From contig NC_068982.1 of NCBI RefSeq assembly GCF_001194135.2, forward strand, positions 128,169,394 through 128,233,393: DNA of 64,000 nucleotides. The letters run 5' to 3'. The translations under genes were made by a program, and so were the position numbers. Below, one piece after another: positions 51,346 through 63,953 of the stretch. Under the pieces are notes generated by a model that did no database searches, was not told where the DNA came from, and saw only the letters and a list, made by a program, of their open reading frames with translations. Source of the stretch: Octopus bimaculoides (Eukaryota). The first letter of the stretch is position 1; each line of letters begins with the position of its first letter.

Positions 51346-52357
51346 TATAGCAGTGTCTTATTTTTAAGTCAACCTTGTTCATGCTGTTAATGAATATGAG
51401 AGGAGTATGATCGAAAAACTTATTTTTCTATCATTCATTCATTTATGAATTTTGTTGTTTTAATATTAGATGATGATGATGAATGCAATGTTATTCAACC
51501 AATAACTGTTTTTGATTGTAATCTGATAAAAATCTATGTAAATCTATGAATTCTTTCTCTTTCTGAATTCCTCTCCAGCCTTAATGTCGAGTCTATTTAC
51601 ATAAAGAAAAGTCTTTATGTCAAGTCTGTTTACACAAAGAGCAGAAGAGTAAGTCAGAACTACTCAATGTTTAATACAATCAATGACAGATATTGAGAGA
51701 TTCTGAAAGAAGCAAAAGACTTTATTGAAAAGCTTCTTCAGTAAAGTATCATCAAAACTGATGTGGAACAAGAAGCAATGGATACCAATGATAATAGTAT
51801 TGAACACTTAAAGACAAAAGTAGTCAAACATTTGAGAGAAAGAATTGCTTAACTCAATATTGAATTTACAGTAAACATGAGATAAACAAACAAATGAATG
51901 ACATTATTGTGGGAATACGATTTCTTAAGCAAAGAGAAAAGAATTATGAATCTTGATGAAAATAATATATTAGTTGATAAATTAAGAAATCTAATTAATC
52001 CATTGAGAATCTTGTTCCTATTAGCAAAATGTGAAAAAAATATCAAGATAATGATCATACTAATTATGTTGACATCTTCATAACTAAATCAAGTCAATAT
52101 GTAATAATAACAGGAAGCTTTTAGCTGAAAATATAAACAAAAAAACTGAACAATTTTATATACAATATTAATGTACATGAGAGAGAGAGAAAGAGATAAC
52201 TACCATCAAATTAATATATTATTAATATCAGGATGAGACAAATGTTAGCAAAAGTCAGGAACTTTTAGTAAAGACAGAAAAGAAGTATATGACTCATTGG
52301 TAAATTGGTATTATTAAACATTAATTTAAAATAGTATGTCATTATATACACACGCAC

Positions 52358-52396
<39 letters not shown>

Positions 52397-53096
52397 CGAG
52401 CAAACTTTAGGTTAGTTAAAATATGTTCCAAAGGCAAATTCACTAAAGTTACCACGGAGAAAAAAATCTCTTATAATGTGTGTGTGTGTGTGTGTGTGTA
52501 CACACACACAAAATCATTTGTAATAAACTTATATCTGTTTTTATAAAACGAATTCACATTAATTAATATTTGCTGATGACTGGTACCCAAATTACAAACA
52601 TTTTTATATCTTCAATTTAATACTCAACTAAAAAGCTGACAACGATATTTTATTTTTCTCCAGATCATCATAGATTTTTTAAAAAACTGCAACTGCTCAG
52701 TAAATTGAGAGACCAACATATACTTAGAACCTAATACATGAGCATTTAGGAATTTACAGTTTAGTTCTGCCTTTATATTTGTACATGTAAGACTCGTGAG
52801 TGAGACTTTGGAGTAAACCCAGTATGCCAGTGTTCATGCTACCTCAGAATGAAGGATGTTGGTAAAAATGTCTTTGAAAGTGACAGGTTACATGGTATAA
52901 TTCCTATCTGGATAGTAAAGTCAGTTAACAAAAAAAGAAATAAAAAATATATATTTAATAAATAAGACTGAAATAAATATAGCAGTGAAGTAGCACAAGC
53001 TGTGATAGAAAACTAGAGAAAATTAAGTAAAAATGGTCTGGTATTCTATGTAATTTCTAAAACACAATGTGTGTGTGTGTATGTGTGTATAATCAT

Positions 53097-53176
<80 letters not shown>

Positions 53177-54459
53177 TTATAATCATCATCATCATTTAAT
53201 GTCTGTTTTCCATGCTGGAATGGGTTGACAGTTTGACTGAAAACTGGTAAGCTGGGGGAGCAGGTTCCAATCTGATTTGGCATAGTTTCTATGGTTGTAT
53301 GTCCTTCCTAATGCCAATGACTCCAAGAGGGTAGTGGGTGTCTATTACATGCCACCGGCACAGGTGACAGTTACAAAACACTGGCATTGGCCAAGACTGT
53401 CATCTCACTTGGCTTCACAGATATGTGTGTATGATAGATATAGACGTGTGTGTGTGTGTGTGTGTGTGCGCGATAGATATAGATGTGTGTGTGTGTGTGT
53501 ACGCACACATAAATGCATACATTAAAAGTTGGTTAATCACTTGAGTGTAATGATATTGTGGTTTCAGGACATGGTAGATGTTTGGTTCAATTCCTGTTAG
53601 TGGCTGTTCATCTTTCTAGCCAGGATTTATATTTTCATATACATATATAGTAAGCTGTTATTTTCAGCTGGTTTTGCATCGGAGCAACTTTGTAAAAGTT
53701 TATTTTCATATTTCTCAATGCCCTTAAACTAGGAGCTAAATGTAAACTTAGAAATATAAAATACTATATTTTTCAAGATTTATATTTTGATTAAAGGAAA
53801 TAACATTTTCTAATATATGTTTCCAATAAATGAAACTAATTTCTACTAAAGTACTATTAGGTTTACTGTTATTAAATTATATAGATGTACTACCTGCAAT
53901 TCAATGAGTAGCTTTGAAAAGTGAAGAAGGTAGAATAGCTGTCATTAGTTTTGTGAGTAAAATCTACATGATTAAAACAACTTCAGTTTTTAAACCAAAA
54001 TGCAAGCTAATGATATATAAGTTGCAGCCAAAATGCATGTCATAAATAAAATTAATACAGCTCTGATTATATTCATGTGTTAAAATGAGAATATGCACTT
54101 TTTTTTATTATATTGAAGTTAAAATCGATTTAATTTGGTTAATTTTTATTCCATGATTGAATTTTCAAAACAAAAATAATTACTCAATTGTAATTAATTC
54201 AAAGGTATTTAAAAATGCTCAACTAGATTATGCATCTTAATTATTTTTCCCTGCTTCAATAATAAACATTGCGAATCAAAGAATAAAATAGAAAGAGCAT
54301 ACTTATAACAATGAAGAATGACATAAAAGCATTAGTAAACAAGCAGTTTCCATTAATTATTAGTAAAATTAATATAAATAGCTTTATCTAATTTTCTTGA
54401 ATAAGTTGAATACCACCACCAGAAATAGCACTAGTAGCATATTTCTTGTAACTTCCTAC

Positions 54460-54678
54460 CTTTAATGGTCAATCGGCAAAAGGTATCTGTGTCACCATAC
54501 GTATTATATGCCTCACATACATATTCGCCAGCATCTTCAGGTAGAAACTCTTCTATTAAGAGTTTATGTATAAAGCTAGTACCATCATTATGGAGATAGC
54601 TGATCTGCTTGTAGATCTTTCCATCTGGTACAATTTCTGCATTGTTGTGCACCCAGAATATATCAATGGGGTGTGTAC
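54460..54678 (-). CDS. MYLK: MLCK-like gene, first exon visible in window: C-terminal part of an Ig I-set domain
   Basis: Acceptor TACTACTTCCAG| and donor |GTAGGA; 219 nt, phase 1/1. Translates (G)THPIDIFWVHNNAEIVPDGKIYKQISYLHNDGTSFIHKLLIEEFLPEDAGEYVCEAYNTYGDTDTFCRLTIK, with the I-set core Trp and the D-x-G-x-Y-x-C motif. Confidence 0.93.
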
Positions 54679-57600
54679 CTGGAAGTAGTATATTGTGGGG
54701 TGGATGCAGTTAAGCCTATTTAAATGAACATGTCACTCTGTGTACCAAAATGTCATGATTGAAAGTATAGTTTGCATTGTAGAATACAATGTATAAATAA
54801 CTTTCAACGACTTCTCTGCACTTCATTTTACAAAACTAGACATTTCTCGTTCATCAAAGAGCTCACAGAGAATGTAAGTTAGTTTATTTTCACAGAAATA
54901 TTGAGTTTGGGCATTCCTGAATATTTATGAAAGAAATTCAAGAGAGAAAGAAAATGAAAAAAAAAACTGATCTGAAGGGATCACAACACTTCAGCAGGTT
55001 GATATTTTTCAATACTGATACCCTTAAACTATGTAAAACCATATTGGATCATGTCAATCATGAAACCGTATCAGATTATAATAATCATGGAAGCAGAAGT
55101 AAATATTAACAGTCAATGCATCCTAAACTGTGATGGCAATGCCCAAACATAGCCAGAACTTAATAAAATCTACAAAATGAATGGTCAATAAAAATACATG
55201 TCAATGTTATCATTCAAAATAATGTGGACATTTCAAATATTCATGCAATTATATAAAAATGTGAAACATATAAAAACATTCATAAAAAACAGACAAATAG
55301 TAGTAATAAAATAAAATGCGTTTTAAAAAATGATTTCTAATAATCACTCTCTGTTTGGAGATCTGATATACTGTGATGCACATGTGGTTATTTCAACAAA
55401 TGCTATGTATCATCTGGCACCATTCCAGCAAGCAAGAATGTCTCATTTGTTTAACAGGTGTTATACTGCAAAATAGCTGTAATTTTATTAAGCAGTAACA
55501 CCTGACAGAATAGAATTTACTTCAGCAACAAGAGTGACGTTATACAGATTCTATCTACGAAAAGTCCAACCATGAAATTTAAAATGGAGGAAGGGAAGAA
55601 AACTTAAGAAAACCTGATAACTTATAATTTCATCAACAAAATATTTGTATATACTGATTAAGTGGCTGATAAAAATAACTTTTCAATATGTCCAGTCTAT
55701 TCTAAAGTGAATTTGTAGAGCTAGCATTATTGACTCACTTGGAAGGTTATTCCAAGCAATGATCAATTTAATAGGAACATGTCTTTTCTTACATATAGCA
55801 CCAAAGAAAGTTAGATGTCAGGGTAGAACGAATAGCTTTTTTTGTTATTTTTAACCCTTAGTCGGAAGAAGGTTAGCACCTACAACCTTTATCTGGTAAA
55901 TGGTATTAAATCAGGCAAAGGATTAACCTTTTTAATACCAAACTTCCTTGAGAGCAACCTAGGTTTTAATGATTTAAATTCCCTGTTTTAAAGTGATTTA
56001 AATTAAAACTTTCCATCAAAATTTCATGTTCATTTATGCTCCAAATGCCAACAAAGTTATTTTACAAAATTCTTTATTTTTTTGAAATTGAAACAAAAGC
56101 AGTGAATTTCAACATAGATATGTTTTCAAAGGGGTAAGTTAAGCAGGCAAGAACAGAAACAACCTTTCCAACAAATACACATTTCCATCAAGCAAATCTT
56201 ACAAAACTTTGGTCAACCCCAAGTTACGTCTGAAGACATGTCTCATATGAAGGTGCCATGCAGGTATAGTTACATATAACCAACAGCAACTTCAGATTTT
56301 CAATGTAGCAATTGTCTTTGAATCGCAAGTGTACTTAGATTAGTACTAATATTCTTGCTCAGATTCAAACTCACACTGATAGAAATCATTTTCAACATTT
56401 GAATCATATCTCAACATCAGCAATCATCGTTCACATAGTTTGATTACTTGAAATTTGATAAAATACTTTAGTAACAAACCTAGTTTGGTAACTTTCTCAT
56501 TTTAAATAATTTCATTTAAATATAATTCATTTCATATTCATTTTACAGATTTATCAAATAAGCAATCAAAACATTATTAGTACAATATCCATAAATTTAA
56601 TTCATTTCTGATTCACTCAATACAATATACACAATAATCCACAAAACTTTTAAAACTGAAACAGTCATCGAAATAAAGAGACAAGAAGTTTTGGCATGCT
56701 TCAAATACTTATTCACTCCAAAGACTTAAAGCAGAATATAAATTATTTCACTGAATAACTATAAAAGCAAATTTAGAACAAAGGACACATTTTCAGATAA
56801 TTACTGAATATGAGATTTCCGATTAATGTATAATAATAGTAAACTAAATGTTGACTTCAATTATAAAAGAATCTAATCAAGCTTAAAACTTTAGAAAATT
56901 TCCTATTTAACTTACTATGATCGATCCTTATAGTAACTAAGTATGAAACATTAATTTACAAAGTAGCCACTGTTGATTTGAAGAGAAAGATTACTCTTTA
57001 AAATTTGAAATTAAATATAGTTTCACCTACATCAAAAACAGTGACAATAATTTTGTTTATTGCTAAAATATCAAGTTAGTTATATCATATCAGACAAAGG
57101 AGTCTTAGAACTTGGTTTACCTTATTCTCACTAATACTAACATGAATTGTAATTACACTCACCAAGTCTTAGAGTAGCATTTCAAATATAAAATTCATCC
57201 ATTTGGTTAATATGTCAATGGTTTTGTTCTCCTTTTTTATACACAAAATATAAAACTTAAGTAACCTGACAATAGCTTATTTTGCCTATAAACAAATGCT
57301 ATATATAAACAGAACCAGAATAAATAACAAAATTCATGAGTTCAATATCAACTGAAAATAAGAGGGGTATATCAAAAGTGGCAAACATTTTTTTCAATTG
57401 ACATAGGTAGTACCTTGGGCAAGTATCTTGCACTATGGCCTCAAGCCGACCAAAGCCTTGTGAGTGGATTTTGTAGACAGAAACTAAAAGAAGCTCATCA
57501 TGTGTGTGTGTGTGCGTGTGTGTGTGTGTGTGTGTTTGTGTGTGTTTCCCCCCCCCACCATCGCTTGATAACCGATGTTAGTGTGTTTACATCCCTCTAA

Positions 57601-57737
57601 TTTAGTTTGGCAAAAGAGACAGATAGAATAAGTACTAGGCTTACAAATAAGTCCTGGAGTCAATTAGATCAACTAAAGACAGTGCTCCAGCATGGTCGCA
57701 ATCAAATGACTGAAACAAATAAAATAGTAAAAGAGTA

Positions 57738-59516
57738 TAGGTCATTCAAATTGCACATGTTAGAGGAATAACTCAACAGTCCCCATCACAGGCAATGCAT
57801 TTGTACCACTGTTGAACCTCATGTTCAAAACCTCATTGAAAAACTCAGGTGAGTACTGTTCTACCCACTTTCACCTTATTTTTTGTCATCAAATCATTGT
57901 CACTTAGAACTATTCTTCATTGGACCAAACAGATGGAAGTTGGAAGGCATCATATCTGGGCTGTATGGTGAACCTCTGACCACCCCAATCTGGCAATTGC
58001 CTGATTTGTTGCTAAAGATATGTGGTTGCACATTGTCATGGTGATTGTGGATTATTTTAAAATTCTTCTTTAGCCTTTTCCTCCTAATGGTCTCCCTAAG
58101 CTTTTGAGTATCTCATTGCGCTGGTATGGACATGTGGTGAGAATGGAGGAGGATAGCTGCGTGAAAAAGTGCCACACCCTAACAGTTGAGGGAACCCGTG
58201 GAAGAGGTAGGCCCAGGAAGACCTGGGCTGAGGTGGTGAGGTAAGACCTTCGTACATTGGGCCTCACCGAGGCAATGACTACTGACCGAGACCTTTGGAA
58301 ATGTGCTGTGCGTGAGAAGACCCGGCAAGCCAAGTAAGATCGTTGCCAGTGCCCCTGGACTGGTTCTTGTGCGGGTGGCACATGAGATGCACCATTTTGA
58401 GCGTGGCCGTTGCCAGTACCGCCTGATNNNNNNNNNNNNNNNNNNNNNNNNNNNNNNNNNNNNNNNNNNNNNNNNNNNNNNNNNNNNNNNNNNNNNNNNN
58501 NNNNNNNNNNNNNNNNNNNNNNNNNNNNNNNNNNNNNNNNNNNNNNNNNNNNNNNNNNNNNNNNNNNNNNNNNNNNNNNNNNNNNNNNNNNNNNNNNNNN
58601 NNNNNNNNNNNNNNNNNNNNNNNNNNNNNNNNNNNNNNNNNNNNNNNNNNNNNNNNNNNNNNNNNNNNNNNNNNNNNNNNNNNNNNNNNNNNNNNNNNNN
58701 NNNNNNNNNNNNNNNNNNNNNNNNNNNNNNNNNNNNNNNNNNNNNNNNNNNNNNNNNNNNNNNNNNNNNNNACCATTTCGAGTGTGGCCGTTTTCGTGCG
58801 GGTGACACGTAAAAGCACCCACTACACTCTCTGAGTGGTTGGCGTTAGGAAGGGCATCCAGCTGTAGAAACTCCGCCAAATCAGACTGGAGCCTAGTGTT
58901 GCCATCCGGTTTCACCAGTCCTCAGTCAAATCGTCCAACCCATGCTAGCATGGAAAGCGGACGTTAAACGATGATGATGATGATGATTTTATTGTTTGTT
59001 GTTTATGATACAGCCTTATTCCAGAAAATCAAGGAAAATTATACCATTGTCATAAAAAAACAAAAAAAAACAGTCACTATGACCTTCTGTGCCAATTAAT
59101 GACTCTTGAACTTCTGAAGCCTTAGAAATGACTAAGTCTTTGTTTCTTGATAATAAAGATACAGCCATGCTTCATCCTTTGCCACCAGATTGGAATGTGT
59201 ATTCATAGGCTTCAAAATTTTAATAAACCAGAGCAGACTTCGATCTTTCTTCCTTTCCAATCAGATGTCAACTGCTGAAGTACTCTCATTACACACTTTG
59301 CCCAATACCCAAAGTGCTCTACCATCTCCTGTAATGTATTATGACCACAGTCCAACTGTGCAGCAAGGTCTCCAAATGTGACTCATCTGACTGCACAAAT
59401 CAATTCCTCTACTCACTAACAATTTGATCCAGTAGATGCAGTTAATGGTCTCACTTCTCTATGAATTATTGTAGAGGAACAATAACTCTACTGACATGAG
59501 CAGTTTGAATGTCCCA
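57738..59516 (-). mobile_element. Internally deleted mariner with degenerate TIRs, split by an RTE insertion
   Basis: Remnants RPLTAST..VEELI, DEAWLY, KVIVTVFF..GIIFLDFL, KLRETIRRKR..HHDNVQPH, SPYSPDMMPSNFHLFGPMK. Ends GGTCATTCAAATTGCACATGTTAG and CTGACATGAGCAGTTTGAATGTCC form an imperfect inverted repeat of about 24 bp. Confidence 0.8.
58116..58986 (+). mobile_element. RTE LINE 3' fragment (short ORF end, 3'UTR, (GAT)n), centre in gap
   Basis: LRWYGHVVRMEEDSCVKKCHTL...; nearly identical to 7510-8085 but with AGG TAA in place of AGG CAA (premature stop). Confidence 0.93.
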
Positions 59517-59642
59517 ATCAGTTAATAAACAGTTCTCAGCACTTTTGCTTTACTTTCAGTACAAGCCCTGTATTTAACTCTTGAAAAGTATGAAATTCAT
59601 AGTTCATATAAAAATTATTCTTGTAATAATAGCTTGTAATAA

Positions 59643-59818
59643 GGTGCAGGAGTGGCTGTGTGGTAAGTAGCTTGCTTACCAACCCCATGGTTCCGGGTTC
59701 AGTCCCACTGCATGGCATCTTGGGCAAGTGTCTTCTACTATAGCCTCGGGCCAACCAAAGCCTTGTGAGTGGATTTGGTAGATGGAAACTGAAAGAAGCC
59801 CATTGTATATATGTATAA

Positions 59819-59850
<32 letters not shown>

Positions 59851-60055
59851 ATGTCAGTGTTTATCCCCCTAGCATTGCTTAACAACTGATGCTGGTGTGT
59901 TTATGACCCCGTCATTTAGCGGTCTGGCAAAAGAGACAGATAGAATAAGTACTAGGCTTGCAGGGAATAAGTTTCAGGGTCGATTTGCTCGACTAAAGGT
60001 GGTGCTCCAGTATGGCCACAGTCAAATGACTGAAACAAGTAAAAGAGTAAAGAGT
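59643..60055 (+). mobile_element. tRNA-derived CORE-type SINE (family A), best-preserved copy
   Basis: tRNA-like head (TGGCTGTGTGGTAAG...GGGTTCAGTCCC), CORE-like CTTGGGCAAG, central (TG)n, tail ending GACTGAAACAAGTAAAAGAGT. Related full or partial copies at about 13670-14045, 21548-21940, 23505-23925, 35015-36357 (minus), 41352-41570, 57410-57737 and 63650-63820 (minus). Confidence 0.88.
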
Positions 60056-61313
60056 TATTCCAAAAATATGAAAATTGAAGTTACTATATTACACCTTCAC
60101 CTAAGAATATTAATATTAAAAAAAAATTATCATTTTGTAAGCTTTTTATGTTTTAGTTGGGTATTGTTAGTTTATAGAGAAATATGGAGAACTTCATAAT
60201 AATCCAGTCAATGTAAATTAATGCAGTATCTTTTTCATGGATCAAAAATATTACCATATCTCAACAACTAATATTTTAGCAAAAACATGACCTAAAGGTA
60301 TTTAAACAATGTAGCCGAAAATGGTTCTGAAATATGAACCTAAAAAAAAAAAAAAAGTAGATGAGGCCCTTTTTGATATTAACACATTTTCCACAGATCA
60401 CTTTGTATACAAGGTTATAGACTATAGGCTAATTTGTTACATTATTTATGAAACTAAAAGAATTAACCACTTCAATAACAAATATATTAGATTAATAACA
60501 GATACTGGAAAGTGAAGTTAGCCACTGCTTTGTAAAAAGAGTAGTTTTGAAGAGTATTGACCTATTCATAAATAGTATAAGGGACATGTCATATCTTGGT
60601 TATTTAACAGTCAGAATTGATCGGCAGGAATGTGTTTATTTATAAACACATTCACATTAAAAAAAATAAATAAATAAATAAATAAATGAAAAAAAAATTA
60701 GAATATCCAAGAGAAAAAAATGGACAGAAAATTAAGGGTAATTTCAGTCAGTTGGGAGAAGTTATAGAGCAGAAATGGAGCAGTAATTGTATGAGATGTG
60801 ACTCACACTATGAATCCTGAGAAAACATGCAGTTATTTCTACATGTCAGACTAATTAGTTCAACAGAAGGAAAACCTAATGTCTTTTCAAGAAGGTCAAA
60901 TAACTTGGTTTTATGAAAACATTTCAACTGTTTCAATTATTGGGGTTCCTCGCTTTACAATGGCTTTAAGAATGACTAAAAGTATTTTATTTGCCATAAA
61001 CGTCCAGATAACAGTAATTACTTTTCGAGGGTTTAAATTAGAATGAAGCATTAAAATTTCTTAGCAAGTGGGGGGGGGAGTAGATGGTTGAGAGTTGGAC
61101 GTTAAATGTTGATCTCATGCAGCATTCTAAGATAAGAATGACAGGCGCAGGTGCAGAGTTCATTTCAAAAATGATTACAGAACTCCAATAGAACAAAAAC
61201 TGGATATGAGGCAAAGCATTATTGTTATGTAAAGGAATGAAAGAGAATTTTTACAATCCTCATTATCATTATTTTGTCTACTTTTCAANNNNNNNNNNAT
61301 ATACTCTTAGACC

Positions 61314-61587
61314 CAGTGGTGGACTGGCCATGTTTCCAGCTTGCACGATGGCAAGTGAGCCCCTGCGCCATTAGAATCCATATATGGGTGCCCATGCTAG
61401 TATCTAAGGGGCCCATCCCCTCAAGTTTGAGAATTTTTTATTCACTTCTGGAAGAATGCATTAATTATTTCAGCCTGGCTTTGTTTGTAGACAGTTGAAA
61501 AGAATACTTTTAACAAAAAAAAAAAAATAATAATTAAATGATAGCATTGTAGTTGCAACCAATATTTTCAGACCCAGTCTGCCACTG
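61314..61587. mobile_element. hAT-type MITE (274 bp)
   Basis: TIRs CAGTGGTGGACTGG / CCAGTCTGCCACTG (14 bp, 2 mismatches) and a perfect 8-bp target duplication CTTAGACC at 61306-61313 and 61588-61595. Confidence 0.9.
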
Positions 61588-62151
61588 CTTAGACCAGTTG
61601 GAGGTCTACATTTTGCTCATATGTTCGATCCTTGGCATGGTTTCTATAGTTGATTCCCTTCAAAACAATTAACTTACAGATTGTCATGACATTAACCAGA
61701 CAAGGATCTTAAAATTTTATAATTTTACCATCATCATTAACACCTCAATTAAAAAACACTTTTTTCACATAACAGAATATATGAGAAAGCCATTCCAAAT
61801 TATTGAGTACAATATTCCCACCATCAACTTTAACACTGAAAATGCTTCATATGATTATCATCTAATCATTCTTTTTACATCTGTTTTCCCATGCTTCCAT
61901 GAGTTAGATGAATATATTATTTTGAAGCATTGCTTTGCAACTGGATGCTCTACTTGATGTTAACCATTCCCTGCTTTTCAAGTAAGGTATCTCTTATTCC
62001 TTAGGACTTTCAAGGCAATTTATTGACAGGAGAGACTGACAACACCACTGCTTGCTGTACTATACAAGCAATTACAGATGTAAACACACAAACACACATT
62101 CACATGTGTGTATGTACATATATGTTGATGTCCTGTACCGATATATGCATG

Positions 62152-62209
<58 letters not shown>

Positions 62210-62589
62210 TATGTACATATATGTATATATGCATATTATATATTATTTATATTATATATTATTTATATTATATATATATATACACACACATACCAGTGCT
62301 GCCTGCCTGGCACCTGTGCTGGTGACACGTAAAGAGCACCATTCAAGTGTGGCCAATGCTGGTGCCGCCTGACTGGCACCTGTGTCAGTAGCACATAAAA
62401 AGTACCCACTATACTCTCAGAGTGGTTAGCATTAGGAAGAGCATCCAGCTGTAGAAACCATGCCAAATCAGATTGGAGCTTGTTGCAGCCTCCCGGCTTA
62501 CCAGTTCTCAGTCAAACTATCCAACCCATGCCAGAATGGAAAGCAGACATTAAACGACAACAATGATATATATATACATATATATATTT

Positions 62590-63595
62590 CCCCCCTCTCG
62601 TTCTTCCTCTTTACTACTACGTATCTCGCTTTACCCCTCTCGTTCTTCCTCTGTTACTACTACGTATCTCTTTTTCCCCCTCGTACTTCCTCTCTTTCTC
62701 TTTTCCTCTCGTTGCTCACCTATTCTTCTACTTCCTCCCTTTGTTTCTCCCTCTACCACTCTCTCTCTTCCCCTTACACCGGCATGGTCACATGCTTCCA
62801 GTCAATAATCCTTTTCTTCCTTGGCTATTGTCGAGCAAACACGCGAACTACTTCGTCCCTACTTTCAAGTTCGTGCCTCACAGNNNNNNNNNNNNNNNNN
62901 NNNNNNNNNNNNNNNNNNNNNNNNNNNNNNNNNNNNNNNNNNNNNNNNNNNNNNNNNNNNNNNNNNNNNNNNNNNNNNNNNNNNNNNNNNNNNNNNNNNN
63001 NNNNNNNNNNNNNNNNNNNNNNNNNNNNNNNNNNNNNNNNNNNNNNNNNNNNNNNNNNNNNNNNNNNNNNNNNNNNNNNNNNNNNNNNNNNNNNNNNNNN
63101 NNNNNNNNNNNNNNNNNNNNNNNNNNNNNNNNNNNNNNNNNNNNNNNNNNNNNNNNNNNNNNNNNNNNNNNNNNNNNNNNNNNNNNNNNNNNNNNNNNNN
63201 NNNNNNNNNNNNNNNNNNNNNNNNNNNNNNNNNNNNNNNNNNNNNNNNNNNNNNNNNNNNNNNNNNNNNNNNNNNNNNNAAAGCCTTTTCTGTTTGTTTT
63301 CCTGTCTTGTTTTTTGTCCGCCACTACATTCCTCCATGGCAAGATTTAATTTGTGTATACAAATTTAATTTGCGGTCCATGGGAAGAGCCGTTTTAACGA
63401 TGCGTCCTGCCCAGCTCTTCGAAACGCTGGTGTTAAAACGGAGGTAGCTGATGAAGAAGAATGTTCTCTATGTGGCTTGTGTGTTTTCTCGTCTACATTT
63501 TGTTTGCAATGTCCTGTACCCAGATATGCACCTATACATACAGGTGGATGTCGGTCCTGTACGTATATATGCATATACTCATTTACTATTTGTTT

Positions 63596-63600
<5 letters not shown>
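62590..63600. mobile_element. Unclassified CpG-rich repeat-like element around an assembly gap
   Basis: Sharp rise in CpG relative to the window, a CT-rich tandem-duplicated start (CTCTCGTTCTTCCTCT.TTACTACTACGTATCTC twice) and a structured segment at 63383-63460. No coding motif recognised. Confidence 0.45.
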
Positions 63601-63629
<29 letters not shown>

Positions 63630-63953
63630 TGATACATGTGGGTGTGTATGTGGGCACACAAACTCATATAGGCCTTCTTTCAGCTATTTATTAAATCCAC
63701 TCACAAAGTTTTGCTCAGTCAGTGCCGAAAGAAGACACTTTCCCACAATGCCAAACAATGGGACTGAACTCAAAGCCATATGGTTGTGAAGCAAACTTCT
63801 TAACCACATAGCCATGCCCAAACCTATTTATATAAATATTTCATTTTACATAGCATAAAAAGTTCAAGGAAAATGTGATCTGAATGTAAACCAGATCAGA
63901 ATTATTTAAGATTAATACTATAGGGACGAAAAAATGGTTACACACACACACAC

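Noticed and set aside
62779-62789. CCGGCATGGTC, matching the start of the HDV genomic ribozyme
   Set aside because: The downstream sequence cannot form P1, P3 or P2; an 11-nt chance match.
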